From: Chiloscyllium plagiosum
Lineage: Eukaryota
NCBI RefSeq assembly: GCF_004010195.1
Contig: NC_057711.1
Location: 69,257,850-69,321,849, forward strand
Direction of reading: 5' to 3'
DNA length: 64,000 nucleotides
A model generated the notes under the pieces. That model saw only the letters and a list, made by a program, of their open reading frames with translations. It ran no database searches and was not told where the DNA came from. Below, one piece after another: positions 1 to 12,753 of the stretch (the first letter of the stretch is position 1; each line of letters begins with the position of its first letter). A program made the position numbers and the translations under genes.

Positions 1-1008
1 CATCCTAATTGTGAATTGAACATATTGCATACTTTTGTTACTACTTATAATATTGTCTTTTTTTTATTGAAGCTATCTGTTTGTAATACAGAATTTTTGA
101 GAGTCCTGGGAGTTTGCTCTATTCCCATACCGATGAATGAATTGTTTGGCTATTCTCACTAGGCTGCATAATTTGAGACCTTTTAGTTCACTGATATATT
201 AGGATGCATATTTGTTGCTGACAACACAGAAGAAAATGTTTCCACATCTATTCTGTTTTCAAAACTTTTTGTGATCTCGTAGTTTTTGTGCTTGTCTAAT
301 ATCATGGAGATTGTGAGTTTGAGTCCCACCTTAGAAAATTGTAAAAATAAATTTCATAGGTCTGGAAATTTCTGGACAAGGTTAACGAAGAACATACTGG
401 TTCACTTATGCTCTTTCATAAGGAGAAATGCCATTCTTACCAAATGAGGACTCCAATCCTACAGTATGTGAGCAATGTAAATCACATCCTAAGAACAGAT
501 TAAAGTGATTCATCTTTGCTGTCTTTATTTATGTGCAGGGACAGACATCAAGTTACGCCACCTGCTACTGTCTGATGCATAGATAATACGAAGCATCTTT
601 CCGTAAAATAAGTTAGCAAACTAACTCATGATGACAAATTAAAAGGAATCAAATGCTATTTAGAAGACCAGTAGATGTGACCTCATTGCTAAACAACAGA
701 GACCTGTAGTGAGCTGAACTATTTGCAAACATAGCAGGTCATTTTTCCAATGCTCTGGGCAACCTTTATGATTCAGCAACCAAACACAATTTAATTGGCC
801 ATTTATTTTGATGCAGTTGTGAGGCATGTTTGTAAATGTGCTCCCAAATTTGCCTACAGTGATTATACTCAAAAGTACCAGATGAATTAAAGCTCTTTTC
901 TCTTTACTTTCAGAATGAATATTAAAGGCTGCTAGATTGGAAATGGCTGTATCTTTTATTGCAGACAAGCACACTGCAGATCTTCACTGATCTCATTGGA
1001 CTACATGG

Positions 1009-1190
1009 AGAAAGTGAGAACTGCAGCTGCTGGAGATCAGAGTCGAGAGTGTGGTGCTGGAAAAGTAAAACAGGTCAGGCAGCATCCAAGGAGCAGGAGA
1101 ATCAATGTTTTGGGCATAAGCCCTTCATCAGGATTCCTGCTGCTGGAATGCTACCTGACCTACTGTGCATTTCCAGCACCACATTCTTGA
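1009..1190 (-). mobile_element. Short fold-back Penelope-derived element with a degenerate hammerhead motif
   Basis: 15-bp TSD cattggactacatgg at 994-1008 and 1191-1205. Internal inverted arms at about 1044-1103 and 1132-1190. The minus strand at 1099-1136 reads GAATC CTGATGA A GGGC TTAT GCCC AAA ACAT T GATTC. Confidence 0.8.
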
Positions 1191-1648
1191 CATTGGACTA
1201 CATGGTCTGGTTCTCTTCAGAACATGTACCCTGATCCAGGTCAAGGCCCATTAGCTTTTGGCTGGGAAGGAAAGTGCACAGATAAATGGTTAGACATGTT
1301 GTATGTATGGGAGGGTACCCATTTCTACAGATGTTTGCAGATATTGCTAACAGCAAGCAAGTCAGGCTGCCTTTACAGCATTACAAGGCTTTCAGCCTGC
1401 AGTGGACTCAGGCAAATACTTATTAGCCTTGGCAGAAGAGCCTCTCAGGTTGCAAAAGCCCCGTATCATGAATAATTTCATTAGCAAAAGTTGTAAATGA
1501 AGCTAATAAGGTAGTAGGCAACAGCACAAATACAAAAGTATTTTATTTCAAATTGAGTCATTCAAAAGATTTTGCTAAAGATGTTCATTCATTATTTGGA
1601 TATTTTTTGGATCTATTGCCCCCAAAGCACTCTTTATGAATACAATAA

Positions 1649-1822
<174 letters not shown>

Positions 1823-1974
1823 CCAAACCAATTAACAAAGCTAAACTGTTGCGGATTAAGATGTGACTGTAAAGAATAATTTATTGATTCCATGAAAACT
1901 AAAATAATACAACAAAACTTTTTAAAAAAATGTTTGTGGCATTTTTGTGCAAATTCCTGTTGTAAATATACTGA

Positions 1975-1980
1975 AATAAA
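1975..1980 (+). promoter_or_regulatory. Candidate polyadenylation signal for the zinc-finger gene
   Basis: AATAAA about 150 nt after the stop codon in AT-rich sequence; alternatives at about 2085 and 2965. Confidence 0.45.
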
Positions 1981-2237
1981 ACAATTTTGAAATTAAATTC
2001 ACTACACATGTGTTATTGCTTCAAGATTAGGATGGACATTCCACTGCTGTTCCAACATACATCTGCCAAGCCTTCACCCATCCAAATAAAAACCATTGTG
2101 ATGTTTAGGGTAAAGATTTCCTATACTGGGAGGTTTATGCATTGTGATCTTCCATTTAAAGAGGTCAGAACATGTATGCCGTTGCAGGTTAAATAACTCC
2201 AAAGCATAAATGCATATCTTACACAAAGGGTTCTTAT

Positions 2238-2690
2238 AGAATCATATAATTTTATGGTACTAGAAGGAGGCCATTTGACCCATCATATACCAGCTCCCAA
2301 AAGAGCTGATCAGCTAGTCCTAATCTCAAGCCCTATCGCCACATCCCTCAAATATATATATTGAGCTCTCTATGGAAGCCACCTCCACCACACTCCCATG
2401 CAGTGCATTACAAATCCCAACAATCCTCTGATTAATGAAATTTCTCCTCATCTCACTCCCACCTCTCTATTGACAATGTTGAAATTGTGACTTAAGTTGC
2501 TGACATACCAACTGGTGGAAACAGAATATTCTTTTTTTAATCTGATAAAATTTTGAACACATCAAAAAGGCCATATTTTGATCTTCTCTGTTCCAAGGAG
2601 AATAAGCCCAATTTCTCTAATCTTTCCTGTATCTAGAATTCCATATTCCTGGTACCAAATACAGTACATCTCCTTCTCCTGCCCTTTCCA
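2238..2690 (-). mobile_element. Decayed CR1-type LINE 3' fragment
   Basis: Resembles the reverse complement of the CR1 3' ends elsewhere in the window (agaatcata...ggaggccatt...gcagtgcatt...cttctctgttccaaggagaa). Confidence 0.6.
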
Positions 2691-4432
2691 ATGACGTCAA
2701 ATGTCTCCAGAGCCTCTGTCTGTAACCCCTTTTTTTCATCTGTGACATTACTTGTGTACTTAGCAGACAGATGTTCTAGTTAATTATCTTAAAATTAAAG
2801 AAAACTATATTAGAATGTTCATTATGATCAATTCCATTACTCTCTGAATGATCTTTCTAAATTGTGATTGTTTAGAAATTTAAATTAAGATCATAAGTTA
2901 GTAAAACAAATGCTACAGTTGTATCTATGTTCTGATTTATTTTTAACTGTATCCATGGTTTATAAAATAAAGTGGTGTAAAACCTATTTCATGTTTGCCA
3001 AATGGGAGATAATTTTAAATATATTATTCACGTGGTGGATGGGATGGAATTTGTACAGGAGGTCTCCCAAATTTCTGCTGTAACTTTGGCAGAAGATCAG
3101 TGAAAATCCAAAGGAATGACATAAATGGTCAATTATGCCATTTCACCAAGCTTTTCACTAAGGATCCAGTCCAAGATCACAAGAAGCCCCACAAATACTC
3201 CAAAGCACTGTATTGCTAACCAACATGTACATTTTGTTTTTCTAATTTTTCATGTCTTCCTCTTCTAAGAGGGATAATTATTGAAGTTATTTTGCTGAAA
3301 CTGTCAGTGTTGATCCACTACTCATCTGAAATTGAAAGCAACTTCTGGACATCACACATTTGCCAATAAGGGAATGTCCTGCACACATCAGAAATATAGC
3401 TTTACACATGCACCCGCACCAATATCTTACACTTTTTCCCGTCCTGCTATACTTCAAATCCTCACAAGCTCTCCTCTAAAAGCCCAGGATTTATCTGTCT
3501 CCAGTTGTCATGATCTTGTTCCTCCAGCATGAATGCAGTGCCTGCAAAACCAACCCATGAGTTCTAGGCTCTGTTTGGGTCTTTTAGAATAGCCAGCAGG
3601 TTGGATTTGGTGGCAACTTTCAAGGGTATAATTTTGTGTCTATGAGAGGTGGAGGTCTGTCTCTCAGTCTGTTTAGTCCACTTGCAGGGTGTTATTACAC
3701 TTTTACACAACTGTGAGCAAGGATTTAAAAGTTGGCCTCTTCAGGATCAACTTTCCTTCCAATCATCCCTGTGAAATGCTACCCTTTATCTTTATCATAT
3801 ATTTTTCCATATATTTTTCCCATCATTTATTTCACTACATGTAAGTACTAAAAATTTAAAATGAAATGATTCAGTGGTTTTTATTTCCTGGTATACTGTT
3901 TGTGAGAATACTTCAGTGTGTTTAGTTGCCTTTTTCGTTTGATAACATTACTGCTGTTGTACACCTGGATATCACTTGGACTTGATGCGAAGTGCAAACT
4001 GACTTTGAGAAAACATTCAATGGCACAGAGGTTGTTAGTTCTTCATGGGTAGCCTTTTTGAGGTCAGCAGTGAGCACAATTGCTTTGTTACCAACTATAA
4101 AACTCTTCTTGCAAAGAAATACAAACTTCAGCCTACCCTGAACAGTTTTTAAAATTGTGCTCAAATAACTTGACCAGCAGATTATTGAAAATTTAATTTA
4201 TTGTAAGCTAAATCCATTTTACTTGACATAATATAGTGCTCAATTGATATGGAGTTAGTGGAAAATTTATGCTAACTTTTACAATTATAAAAATTTGCAA
4301 TAATAATATGTAATCAATTTTTGCATAGAATTAATTAAGTAGAATATGTAAACAACGGGAAACATACTGCCCTTTGTGCAATGAACTCTTGAAATGTTGC
4401 TATAAAGTGATATCATTTTTCCTGAGTGGAAT

Positions 4433-4612
4433 AGAGTCATAGAATCTCTACGTTGTGGAAGCAGGCCATTTGGCTCATCAAGTCCACACTGACCCTCCAA
4501 AGAGCATCCCACACAGATCCAACCCCCTACCCTATTCCTGTAACTGCATTTCCCATAGTCGATCAACCTAACCCGCACATCGTTGGACCATGGGAGGAAA
4601 CTGGAGCAGCGG
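4433..4612 (-). mobile_element. HE1-type SINE, 3' part
   Basis: agtcatagaatc...gtggaagcaggccatttgg...agtccacac...gggaggaaactggagca matches the younger copy at 48847-49143. Confidence 0.75.
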
Positions 4613-4972
4613 ACACGTGGAGTTTTACCTTTTTTTATTTTGAATTGAATAATTAATGGCATATTAAGTCATCCATGAATGTTGTGATTGCTTTGCAGTT
4701 TATGTGCTAATATGTTTGATAAAGAAAATGTACAAAACATTCAAACATTGGTACCCTTAATTATCAGTTTTCTATTAACCTAAAATTGATGAATTGAGCA
4801 GGGTATTTTTCCAGTTGTCAAGTGACCTCTGGTACCTATTCCAAAGTGGAAGAACTAGATTTCATAAGTAGGTGCCAAAATCGTTTCCGCATTTTCCTTG
4901 AATTTATTTATAAAATATGTGTAAACTGGAGGAATTCTTTCCCTGAAGTTAGCCATTGGATACAAGGCCATT

Positions 4973-5252
4973 CATGGTGGCTCAGTGGTGAACACTGCTG
5001 CCTTACAGTGCTAGGGACCTGAGTTTGATTCCACCTTCAGGCAACTGTCTGTGTGGAATTTGCACATTCTTCCCTGTCTGTGTGGGTTAACTCCGGGTGT
5101 TCTGGTTTCCTCCCACAGTCCAAAAATGCGCAAGTTAGGTGGGTTAGCCATGTGAAATGAAGAATTACAGGAATAGGGAGGGACTGTCTTTGAAGAGTTG
5201 GTGTGGACTTGATGGGCTGAATGGCCTGCTTCCACACTGTAGGGATTCTATG
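4973..5252 (+). mobile_element. HE1-type tRNA-derived SINE
   Basis: A-box tggctcagtgg and B-box-like gagtttgattcc; central gtgtggaatttgcacattct...cctcccacagtccaaa; 3' end ccacactgtagggattctatg. Confidence 0.85.
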
Positions 5253-7443
5253 TTTATTTGACCATAAACAATAACCTAATCAAGTCCAATCCTGAACTCA
5301 CCCAACATCTATGAGCATGTAATTTTCAGCAGAGTGCAATCAGAAGTTAAATTTTGACATTCCCTTCCAACAGTAAACTGATAATAGTGAGTCAGCAGCC
5401 CATTCTACACTTCATTGTTTATGAATGAGGAGTTTTCTGGATTTGCTTAATGTTGGCATGGTTGCACTTCACATTTTATTTAACAGAGCTTCAGGCCAGT
5501 TCAGAATGCATTAATAGTGGATGCTTATGCCAGACTAAGGGTATTCTTTACTGAAGCTGAATCCAATTGGTTTGCTGGTTACTAGCCAACAATTTGCCAG
5601 ATCAATTGATTTATTTTCACACAACATGGTGGGTTTATAAGTGCACCCTCTGAATTAATAGTCAAGTACGATAGCTACTATAGTACCATACTGGTGCAGC
5701 GAGTTGGTGTGGCCATCACCAGTTATCTTTTCATTCACTTATTTGTATTAATCTTACTCTACAATTTATTGCATCAATTAAGTTTTGTAATAAATGGTTA
5801 TCTAAAAACAATTCTAATGTAAATATATCACAGCAGATTTGATCAGTTTTGTTTCAGTTTAGATTGAAAATAAATACTTTTTTCGTTCTGACCTGTCAAG
5901 ATAAAATTTGTTTTCTGGAATGAAACTATTAACAGATCCAACCTGCCTAAATCTGTGTGTAACATTTTTGTCATTAGGCATTTCTGTACAGAGGTCAAAA
6001 CTTTAGTGTTCCAGTTCTGTTTTCTATTTAAAGCCTCAAGTCGTCCTGCATACAATTGCACGCTGAAACCTCAGAATACTGTGTATCTTGAAACTTTGAC
6101 CCAAATGTTTTTAATTTTCTTGCTTTTACTCAATTTTTTTCCAGTTACAAAATCATGTTTAAAAATAAGTTTTTACATAGCCTGTTCTTAAAGTAGTTCT
6201 ATTTTCTCTTGTGGTTAAAGTGGTTAAGTGTTCCCTTGAGTTTCTAATGCTGGGAGTCATTTAGTTAGTTTATCATGACACTGTTTTTTCCTAGTAAACT
6301 TGCATCAGATTTGACAACTACTTGCTGCATTATTTGTGTCCTTTCCCCATGTCAAATATTTGACACAAGCACTTTGACATTTTCCTATTTGCGGAGGTTA
6401 ACTCATTTAAGACTGTGATCCTAATTGCCAGCATACATTTCAATGTTTCAAAATAAAGAGTTATACATTTATTGGATAAGGAGTTTTCTTTCTCACAAAG
6501 GGTCGTGAATCTTTGGAATAATATTCCTCAAAAGGCAGTGAAAGGAGAGTCCTTGAATATTTTTAAGACTAGAGGGCGAAAGGTTATCAGGGGTTATCAA
6601 GCTGGAATGCAGAGTAATCCAATCATCCATGATCTTATTCAATGGCATTGCAAGTCTAATGGACATAGCGGCCTAATCCTGTTCCTAATTAGTATGAAAC
6701 TGCTGGGGGCAAGCCCAGGCCCTGCCTTGGTTGGCTTACTCCACTCTAATCTTTGGGACAACAGCCCTTTGATTATGAGGTGGTAATTCTATCCATCTCC
6801 AAGAGGTGAGTCCTAGTTCATAGAGCTACCAGCCAATCGGACATGAACACTCATGTTTCAACCTTGTCACGTTTGGCACAAATGGTCAAATTCAGACAAA
6901 TCAGGACATCCCTGGATGGGATATAGGTTGGTCCTGTAATTTGGAGTCCATTTTGTGTATGTGGATCCGTTATGCGATAAGGGGAGGAGTTCAAAGATTT
7001 TGGCCCAGTCATACTGAATGAACGATGAAATATTTCCAAGTCAGGATGGTGAGTGGTTTGGAGGGTCAGGAAGGCCTGAAGAATCTCCACTTCTTCTTTT
7101 AAAAGAGCCCTGAACTGTGTCCAACCACACCACCTTCCTTTACTTGGTGGGACGTATTTTCATTTTTAACAAATTTTCCTTAAACTGTCTCACCTTCTCC
7201 AAATCAAAGGTGTGGCTACGAGTATTCATCATCATTTCTGCCACCTCCAGCAGGATGCCACCACCAAACACATCTTCCCCTCCCCTCAACTGTCAGCATT
7301 CCCCAAGGACTGTTTCCTCTGTGACACCCTGGTCCCCTCCTCCATCATTCTCAAGACGGTTAACTCCCCCATGGCACCTTCACATGCAATCACAGAAGTG
7401 TAACACTTGTCCAATCACCTCTTCCTTTCTTACCATCCAAGGT

Positions 7444-7538
7444 TGAACTGAAAATGTCTTGCTGGAACAGCGCAGCAGGTCAGGCAGCATCCAGGGAACA
7501 GAAGAATCGACGTTTCGGGCATAAGCCTTTCTTCAGAC
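7444..7538 (-). mobile_element. Short PLE-derived element with hammerhead core
   Basis: 15-bp TSD cttaccatccaaggt at 7429-7443 and 7539-7553. The minus strand at 7505-7536 reads CTGAAGA A AGGC TTAT GCCC GAA ACGT C GATT. Confidence 0.85.
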
Positions 7539-7651
7539 CTTACCATCCAAGGTCCCAAACATACCTTCCAGGTGAAGCAGCATTTTACTTGCACTTCTTT
7601 CAATCGAGTCTATTGCACCCACTGTTCACAGTGTGGTCTCCTTTACATCAC

Positions 7652-8260
7652 AGAATTATTATGGCATAGAAGGAGATCATTCAGCCCATCATGCCTGCAG
7701 CAGTTCTATTTTCCAATGCCAATATCCTGTCTTTACCTCATATGCTTTCAGACCTTTTCTATCCAAATAATGATTGAATGTCGTCTTGAACTTGTTGCCA
7801 CCATATTTCCAGGAAATGTATTCCATATCCTAACTATTCACTTATGAAAAAGTACTTTCTCACATCACCCTGGCTTCATTTGTACATCATTTTAAAATTA
7901 TGCCCTCTTGTTCTTTTTTCTTTTGCAAACAGAAACAACTTCTCCCTAACCACTTTACCAGACCACTCAGCATTTTGAAAACATCACCCAACTTCTTCAA
8001 AATACACTCATAATTGAGGTTTTCCATTCCTGGAATCATACTTGCAAATCATTTCTGTGCTCTCTTAAATACATTCACACCTATCTCACAATGTGGTGCC
8101 CACAACAGTACACAATATCTAGCTGAGATCTAGCAAGTGTCTTGTACAAATTCAAAATCATCGCCTGCTCTTGTATTCATGCTCTTATCAATAAAGCCAA
8201 GAACAATGTATGCTTAACTGTTGTCTCCACCCGTCCTGCCATCTTCAATGATCTGTGCAC
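7652..8260 (-). mobile_element. CR1-type LINE 3' fragment
   Basis: agaattattatggcatagaaggagatcattcagcccatc 3' terminus followed by decayed RT C-terminal sequence. Confidence 0.65.
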
Positions 8261-8930
8261 TTTGGTTATTCCAAAAGTAGACTGGGAGACCACTTTGTGG
8301 AGAACTTCTGCTCTGTCCATATGAATTACCCAAATCTTTCAGATGCTTGCCATTTCATTAAATTACCTTGTGCCCATGTTGACATTGTTGGCCTGCTATT
8401 GTGTTCCAATGAAGCTGTGTGCAATATAAGAATCTTACAGTCTCTAGGACACAATATTGAGTTCCATAACTTCAGAGTATGACATCTGTACTTCTTTTTC
8501 TTTGCATCTCCCAACCTCCACAGGTCATTTCTTACTTGGTTTTGGTCTTAGTAGTGTGGACCTATTTTCTCCTTTTCACAGCTAACATTTACTGAGGAAC
8601 CTCGAATATCCGAATACCAATTATCTGAAAATCGGATTATCCAAAGGAGATCTCCAGGTCCGGATGGAAACATTACATCAAAGACATGTTTCCAACAGTG
8701 ATCGCATCTTTTGTTTACAGTGATTAAACAGACACCGTCTCCAAATGACTATCAGCCTGCCCTCTCTCTCTCCCCACACTTTCCCTGGAGTTCTACACAG
8801 GGGGTGTACCCTAAACCTCCCTTCCCAACATAATCTCTCCAAGATTCGGAGATGCCGGTGTTGGACTGGGGTGTACAAAGTTAAAAATCACACAATACCA
8901 GGTATAGTCCTACAGGCTTAATTGGAAGCA

Positions 8931-8965
8931 CACTAGCTTTCGGAGCGACGCTCCTTCATCAGGTG
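8931..8965 (-). ncRNA. Minimal type I hammerhead ribozyme motif (identical inverted copy)
   Basis: Reverse complement is cacctgatgaaggagcgtcgctccgaaagctagtg, identical to 9585-9619. Confidence 0.7.
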
Positions 8966-9584
8966 ATTGTGGAGGGCTCGATCGCAACGCAGAATTTATA
9001 GCAAAAATTTGCAGTGTGATGTAACTGAAATTATACATTGAAGAATTGATTGTCTGTTAAGCCTTTCATCTGTTAGAATACAGTGATAGTTTCACTTCTT
9101 TCATGTGTAAATCACAAAACCCTTTTTTTAAAAGTTGCATTCTCGGGTTAGCTGTTAACAATGGTGATAGCTAGACAATATGTTGAAGGTGTTAGCCCCC
9201 TGTGTTCTCTGTCTATGACCTGATGTTTAGATTGTTATCTCACTTTTTAGATTAGAATCAGAGTTTTATGTAAATTTCTGTAAAACTCGGTTATCTCACT
9301 TTTTAGATTAGAATCAATCTAAACATCAGGTCATAGACAGAGAACACAGGGGGTTAACACTTTCAACACATTGTCTAGCTATCACCATTGTTAACAGCTA
9401 ACCCGAGAATGCAACTTTTAAAAAAAAGGGTTTTGTGATTTACACATGAAAAAAGTGAAACTATCACTGTATTCTAACAGATGAAAGGCTTAACAGACAA
9501 TCAATTCTTCAATGTATAATTTCAGTTACATCACACTGCAAATTTTTGCTATAAATTCTGTGTTACGATCGAGCCCTCCACAAT

Positions 9585-9619
9585 CACCTGATGAAGGAGC
9601 GTCGCTCCGAAAGCTAGTG
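9585..9619 (+). ncRNA. Minimal type I hammerhead ribozyme motif
   Basis: CAC CTGATGA A GGAGC GTC GCTCC GAA AGCT A GTG: intact core, 5-bp stem II, 3-bp stem I (CAC/GTG), palindromic AGCT in place of stem III, and a CUA cleavage triplet. Activity is not demonstrated. Confidence 0.7.
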
Positions 9620-9629
9620 TGCGTCCAAT

Positions 9630-10422
9630 NNNNNNNNNNNNNNNNNNNNNNNNNNNNNNNNNNNNNNNNNNNNNNNNNNNNNNNNNNNNNNNNNNNNNNN
9701 NNNNNNNNNNNNNNNNNNNNNNNNNNNNNNNNNNNNNNNNNNNNNNNNNNNNNNNNNNNNNNNNNNNNNNNNNNNNNNNNNNNNNNNNNNNNNNNNNNNN
9801 NNNNNNNNNNNNNNNNNNNNNNNNNNNNNNNNNNNNNNNNNNNNNNNNNNNNNNNNNNNNNNNNNNNNNNNNNNNNNNNNNNNNNNNNNNNNNNNNNNNN
9901 NNNNNNNNNNNNNNNNNNNNNNNNNNNNNNNNNNNNNNNNNNNNNNNNNNNNNNNNNNNNNNNNNNNNNNNNNNNNNNNNNNNNNNNNNNNNNNNNNNNN
10001 NNNNNNNNNNNNNNNNNNNNNNNNNNNNNNNNNNNNNNNNNNNNNNNNNNNNNNNNNNNNNNNNNNNNNNNNNNNNNNNNNNNNNNNNNNNNNNNNNNNN
10101 NNNNNNNNNNNNNNNNNNNNNNNNNNNNNNNNNNNNNNNNNNNNNNNNNNNNNNNNNNNNNNNNNNNNNNNNNNNNNNNNNNNNNNNNNNNNNNNNNNNN
10201 NNNNNNNNNNNNNNNNNNNNNNNNNNNNNNNNNNNNNNNNNNNNNNNNNNNNNNNNNNNNNNNNNNNNNNNNNNNNNNNNNNNNNNNNNNNNNNNNNNNN
10301 NNNNNNNNNNNNNNNNNNNNNNNNNNNNNNNNNNNNNNNNNNNNNNNNNNNNNNNNNNNNNNNNNNNNNNNNNNNNNNNNNNNNNNNNNNNNNNNNNNNN
10401 NNNNNNNNNNNNNNNNNNNNNN
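9630..10422. other. Assembly gap (N run)
   Basis: 793 N bases directly after the inverted repeat arm. Confidence 1.
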
Positions 10423-10764
10423 TTGGGGGCGGGGGTGGTGTTGCACAGGGTTTGGGGGTGGGGATGAGGGTGGTGTTGGGGGTGTGGGTTGCACGGCGGT
10501 TGGGGCGGGGCCTCGTGTGCTATGCTGCTGCTGCAGTTTCCTGAACGTGGAGCAGACCCAAGTCCCAGAGGAAAGCCATTTAAATTGATTAACCGAAGAA
10601 TCGATTATCCAAATGAAATAGTGCCCGCCCATCACGTTCAGATAATCGAGGTTCCCCTGTACACTTGTTTTACATATCTAACTCTCCTTTATCACCATTA
10701 TAATTTGCTTTGTCTTTTGCTCTGAGCACCCTCATACTTCCACTTCTTTAGTCTACTAGCATTG

Positions 10765-11177
10765 GGCAGCTTGGTGATTTATGTGGTTAGCAATGCTGGG
10801 AGTCAGGTTTGATTCCAGCTCAGGTGACTATGTGAAGTTTGCATGTACTCCACATGCCCACTTGGGTTTCTGCTGGGTGCTCCAGTTTCATCCCACCATC
10901 CAACGATGTGCAGGTTATGTGGACTGGCCATGCTAAATTGTCCATAGTCAAAATTAGAGTGGTGCTGGAAAAGCACAGCACGGCAGCAGAGGAGCAGGAA
11001 AATCTATGTTTTGGGCAAAAGCCCTTCATCAGGAATCATCAGGGATAGGCGAGATGGATTAGCCATGGGAAATGCAGGGTAACCAGATTGCAGTGGGGAG
11101 CTGGGTCTGGGTGGGATGCTTTTTGGAGGGTCGGTGCAGACGTATGGACTGAATGGAGGGATACTATGATTCTGTAA
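10765..11177 (+). mobile_element. HE1-type SINE interrupted by a short PLE-derived element (about 10950-11037, -)
   Basis: The SINE core (tgtgaagtttgcatg...ggccatgctaaattgtccatag) and 3' end flank an insert. On the minus strand the insert reads ATTC CTGATGA A GGGC TTTT GCCC AAA ACAT A GATT (11001-11036). Confidence 0.75.
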
Positions 11178-11778
11178 AAAGAAGCATTTTCCAGCCACTT
11201 TTAGTTCTGAAGAAATGTCATATTGGACTCTAAACTGTAACTCTTTCTTTCAGATGCTGTGACACCTATTGAGTTTCTCCAGCAGTTTCTGTTTTTATTT
11301 CATCTTCTTTTGTGCTCAGTATGACTCCTAACAACAGAGTTTTTTCCCCGGATTCCCATTGATTCCTGTTCTACGAGGATTTCTTGCTATCACACACAAT
11401 CTAATGTGATCTTAATGGAAAGGACAGTGATTCTCACCTCACCTCTGATATTCAGCTTTTTTGTCCATATTTGATCAAGATTGTAATGACATCAGGAACT
11501 GAGTGGACCTGGCAGAACACAAAAATGAGTGTCAGTAAGCAGGTTATTGTAAAACAATTTTGTTTACTAGTACTTTACTGATGATTGAGAGTTGACCAAA
11601 GTGGAGTAATTGGCTGGGTTGGATTTACCCTGCTTTACAAACATAACTAGGCAATTTTCCATGTTGTTGGGTAGATGCCAGTGTATTTGTCCTGGAACAC
11701 CTGGGCTAGGTGTGCAGAAAGTTTTGGAACACATTTATTTAGGTATCTACCAAATCACTTTATTGTTCCTATTTACTA

Positions 11779-11883
11779 GGAGAAAGTGAGGACTGCAGAT
11801 GCTGGAGAGTCCGAGTCGGAAAGTGTGGCGCTGGAAAAGCACAGAAGGTCAGACAGCATCCGAGGAGCAGCAGAGTTGACGTT
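11779..11883 (-). mobile_element. Short PLE-derived element, truncated within the hammerhead motif
   Basis: ggagaaagtgaggactgcagatgctggag...ctggaaaagcacag...gcagcagagttgacgtt, the same family as 1009 and 17408. Imperfect flanking repeats gttcctatttact / gttctgtttact. Confidence 0.7.
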
Positions 11884-12069
11884 CTGTTTACTGTTTGCCT
11901 CTGTGAATTATAGGAATACAGATAAAAAACAACAATTATCTGTTTAGCATCAAAATGATGTCTCACACTTCGAAAATAGAACAGCCTTTGACATTGATTA
12001 ATATTCATATAGAACATTTTTAAAGGCACAATAGTTGAAGAGATAATCTTAAGTATATAAAAATACAAT

Positions 12070-12480
12070 AAATACAGGGAAGAATGGGCTAGGCAGCCTC
12101 TCAAGCCTATCCTGCCATACCATAAAGTCACGGCTGATCTACCCCAAGTCACAACTCCTCTTTCTGACAACTCCTCATAGCCTTCAAGTCCTCTATATTT
12201 CACAAATGCATTTACCTTCTCTTTCAGTCATATAGCCTCCACAACCCTCTGGGTAGAGCATTCCAAACATTCGCTACCCTCTGAGAGAAAAAAATCCTTT
12301 CGCATCTCATTTTGAAATGAGTTTCCCGTTATTCTCTCAATGTGTTCTCTAGTTTGAGATTATCCCTCTAGTGGAAACATCTTCTCAAACATTACCCTGT
12401 CAAGTCTACTCAGAATGTTACAGTAAGATCACCCCTCATTCTTTTAAACTCTAATCTCTAAAGTTTTAACCTGTTTCGCC
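12070..12480 (-). mobile_element. CR1-type LINE 3' fragment
   Basis: Typical 3' end (ctgggtagagcattccaaacattcgctaccctctgagagaaaaaa...agtggaaacatcttctc). Confidence 0.6.
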
Positions 12481-12753
12481 TACACTACAACATTGCAGTC
12501 AATAAAATATTTTGAAGTATAGTCAAACTGTTTTGAGATATCTGGTGCTTGTAAAAAGTACCGTATAAATGCAAGACTTTCTTTTTAGTATATTGCAATA
12601 AACTATATACACTTTAATTTCTGAAGACAATCAAGCAGTCATTCATTTTCTCACAATATCATTTAAATTTAAAAATAAAGGAATTGAATTAATTATCTGG
12701 TACTACTATAATCATCAGCTCATTGGCATTTGCGCCAGTTGTGACAGTATTTA

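Larger units (their letters stand above)
7200..8580 (+). mobile_element. Decayed Penelope-like element (GIY-YIG region), interrupted by nested insertions
   Basis: Translation KQHFTCTSFNRVYCTHCSQCGLLYI (7572-7650) resumes as SKSRLGDHF...HF at about 8270, which fits a PLE GIY-YIG endonuclease with upstream Cys motif. It is split by a CR1 fragment. A probable 3' end with a hammerhead relic is at about 11185-11300. Confidence 0.7.
8845..9629. mobile_element. Penelope-like pseudo-LTR pair in inverted orientation (~315-bp arms)
   Basis: 8921-9234 is the near-perfect reverse complement of 9315-9629. The spacer carries the direct repeat gttatctcactttttagattagaatca twice. The same terminus recurs at about 15588-15706. 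Confidence 0.85.
8592..10659. mobile_element. Tigger/pogo-like MITE carrying a PLE insertion and the assembly gap
   Basis: TA|ctgaggaacctcgaatatccgaa at the left end and ttcagataatcgaggttcccctg|TA at the right end are imperfect terminal inverted repeats (TIRs). TA dinucleotides at 8590-8591 and 10660-10661. Confidence 0.75.

Noticed and set aside
3922..4164. 80-aa minus-strand ORF in non-repetitive sequence
   Set aside because: No recognisable domain or supporting exon chain.
9512..10635. Long ORFs of 282-369 aa
   Set aside because: Artefacts of translating through the N gap.
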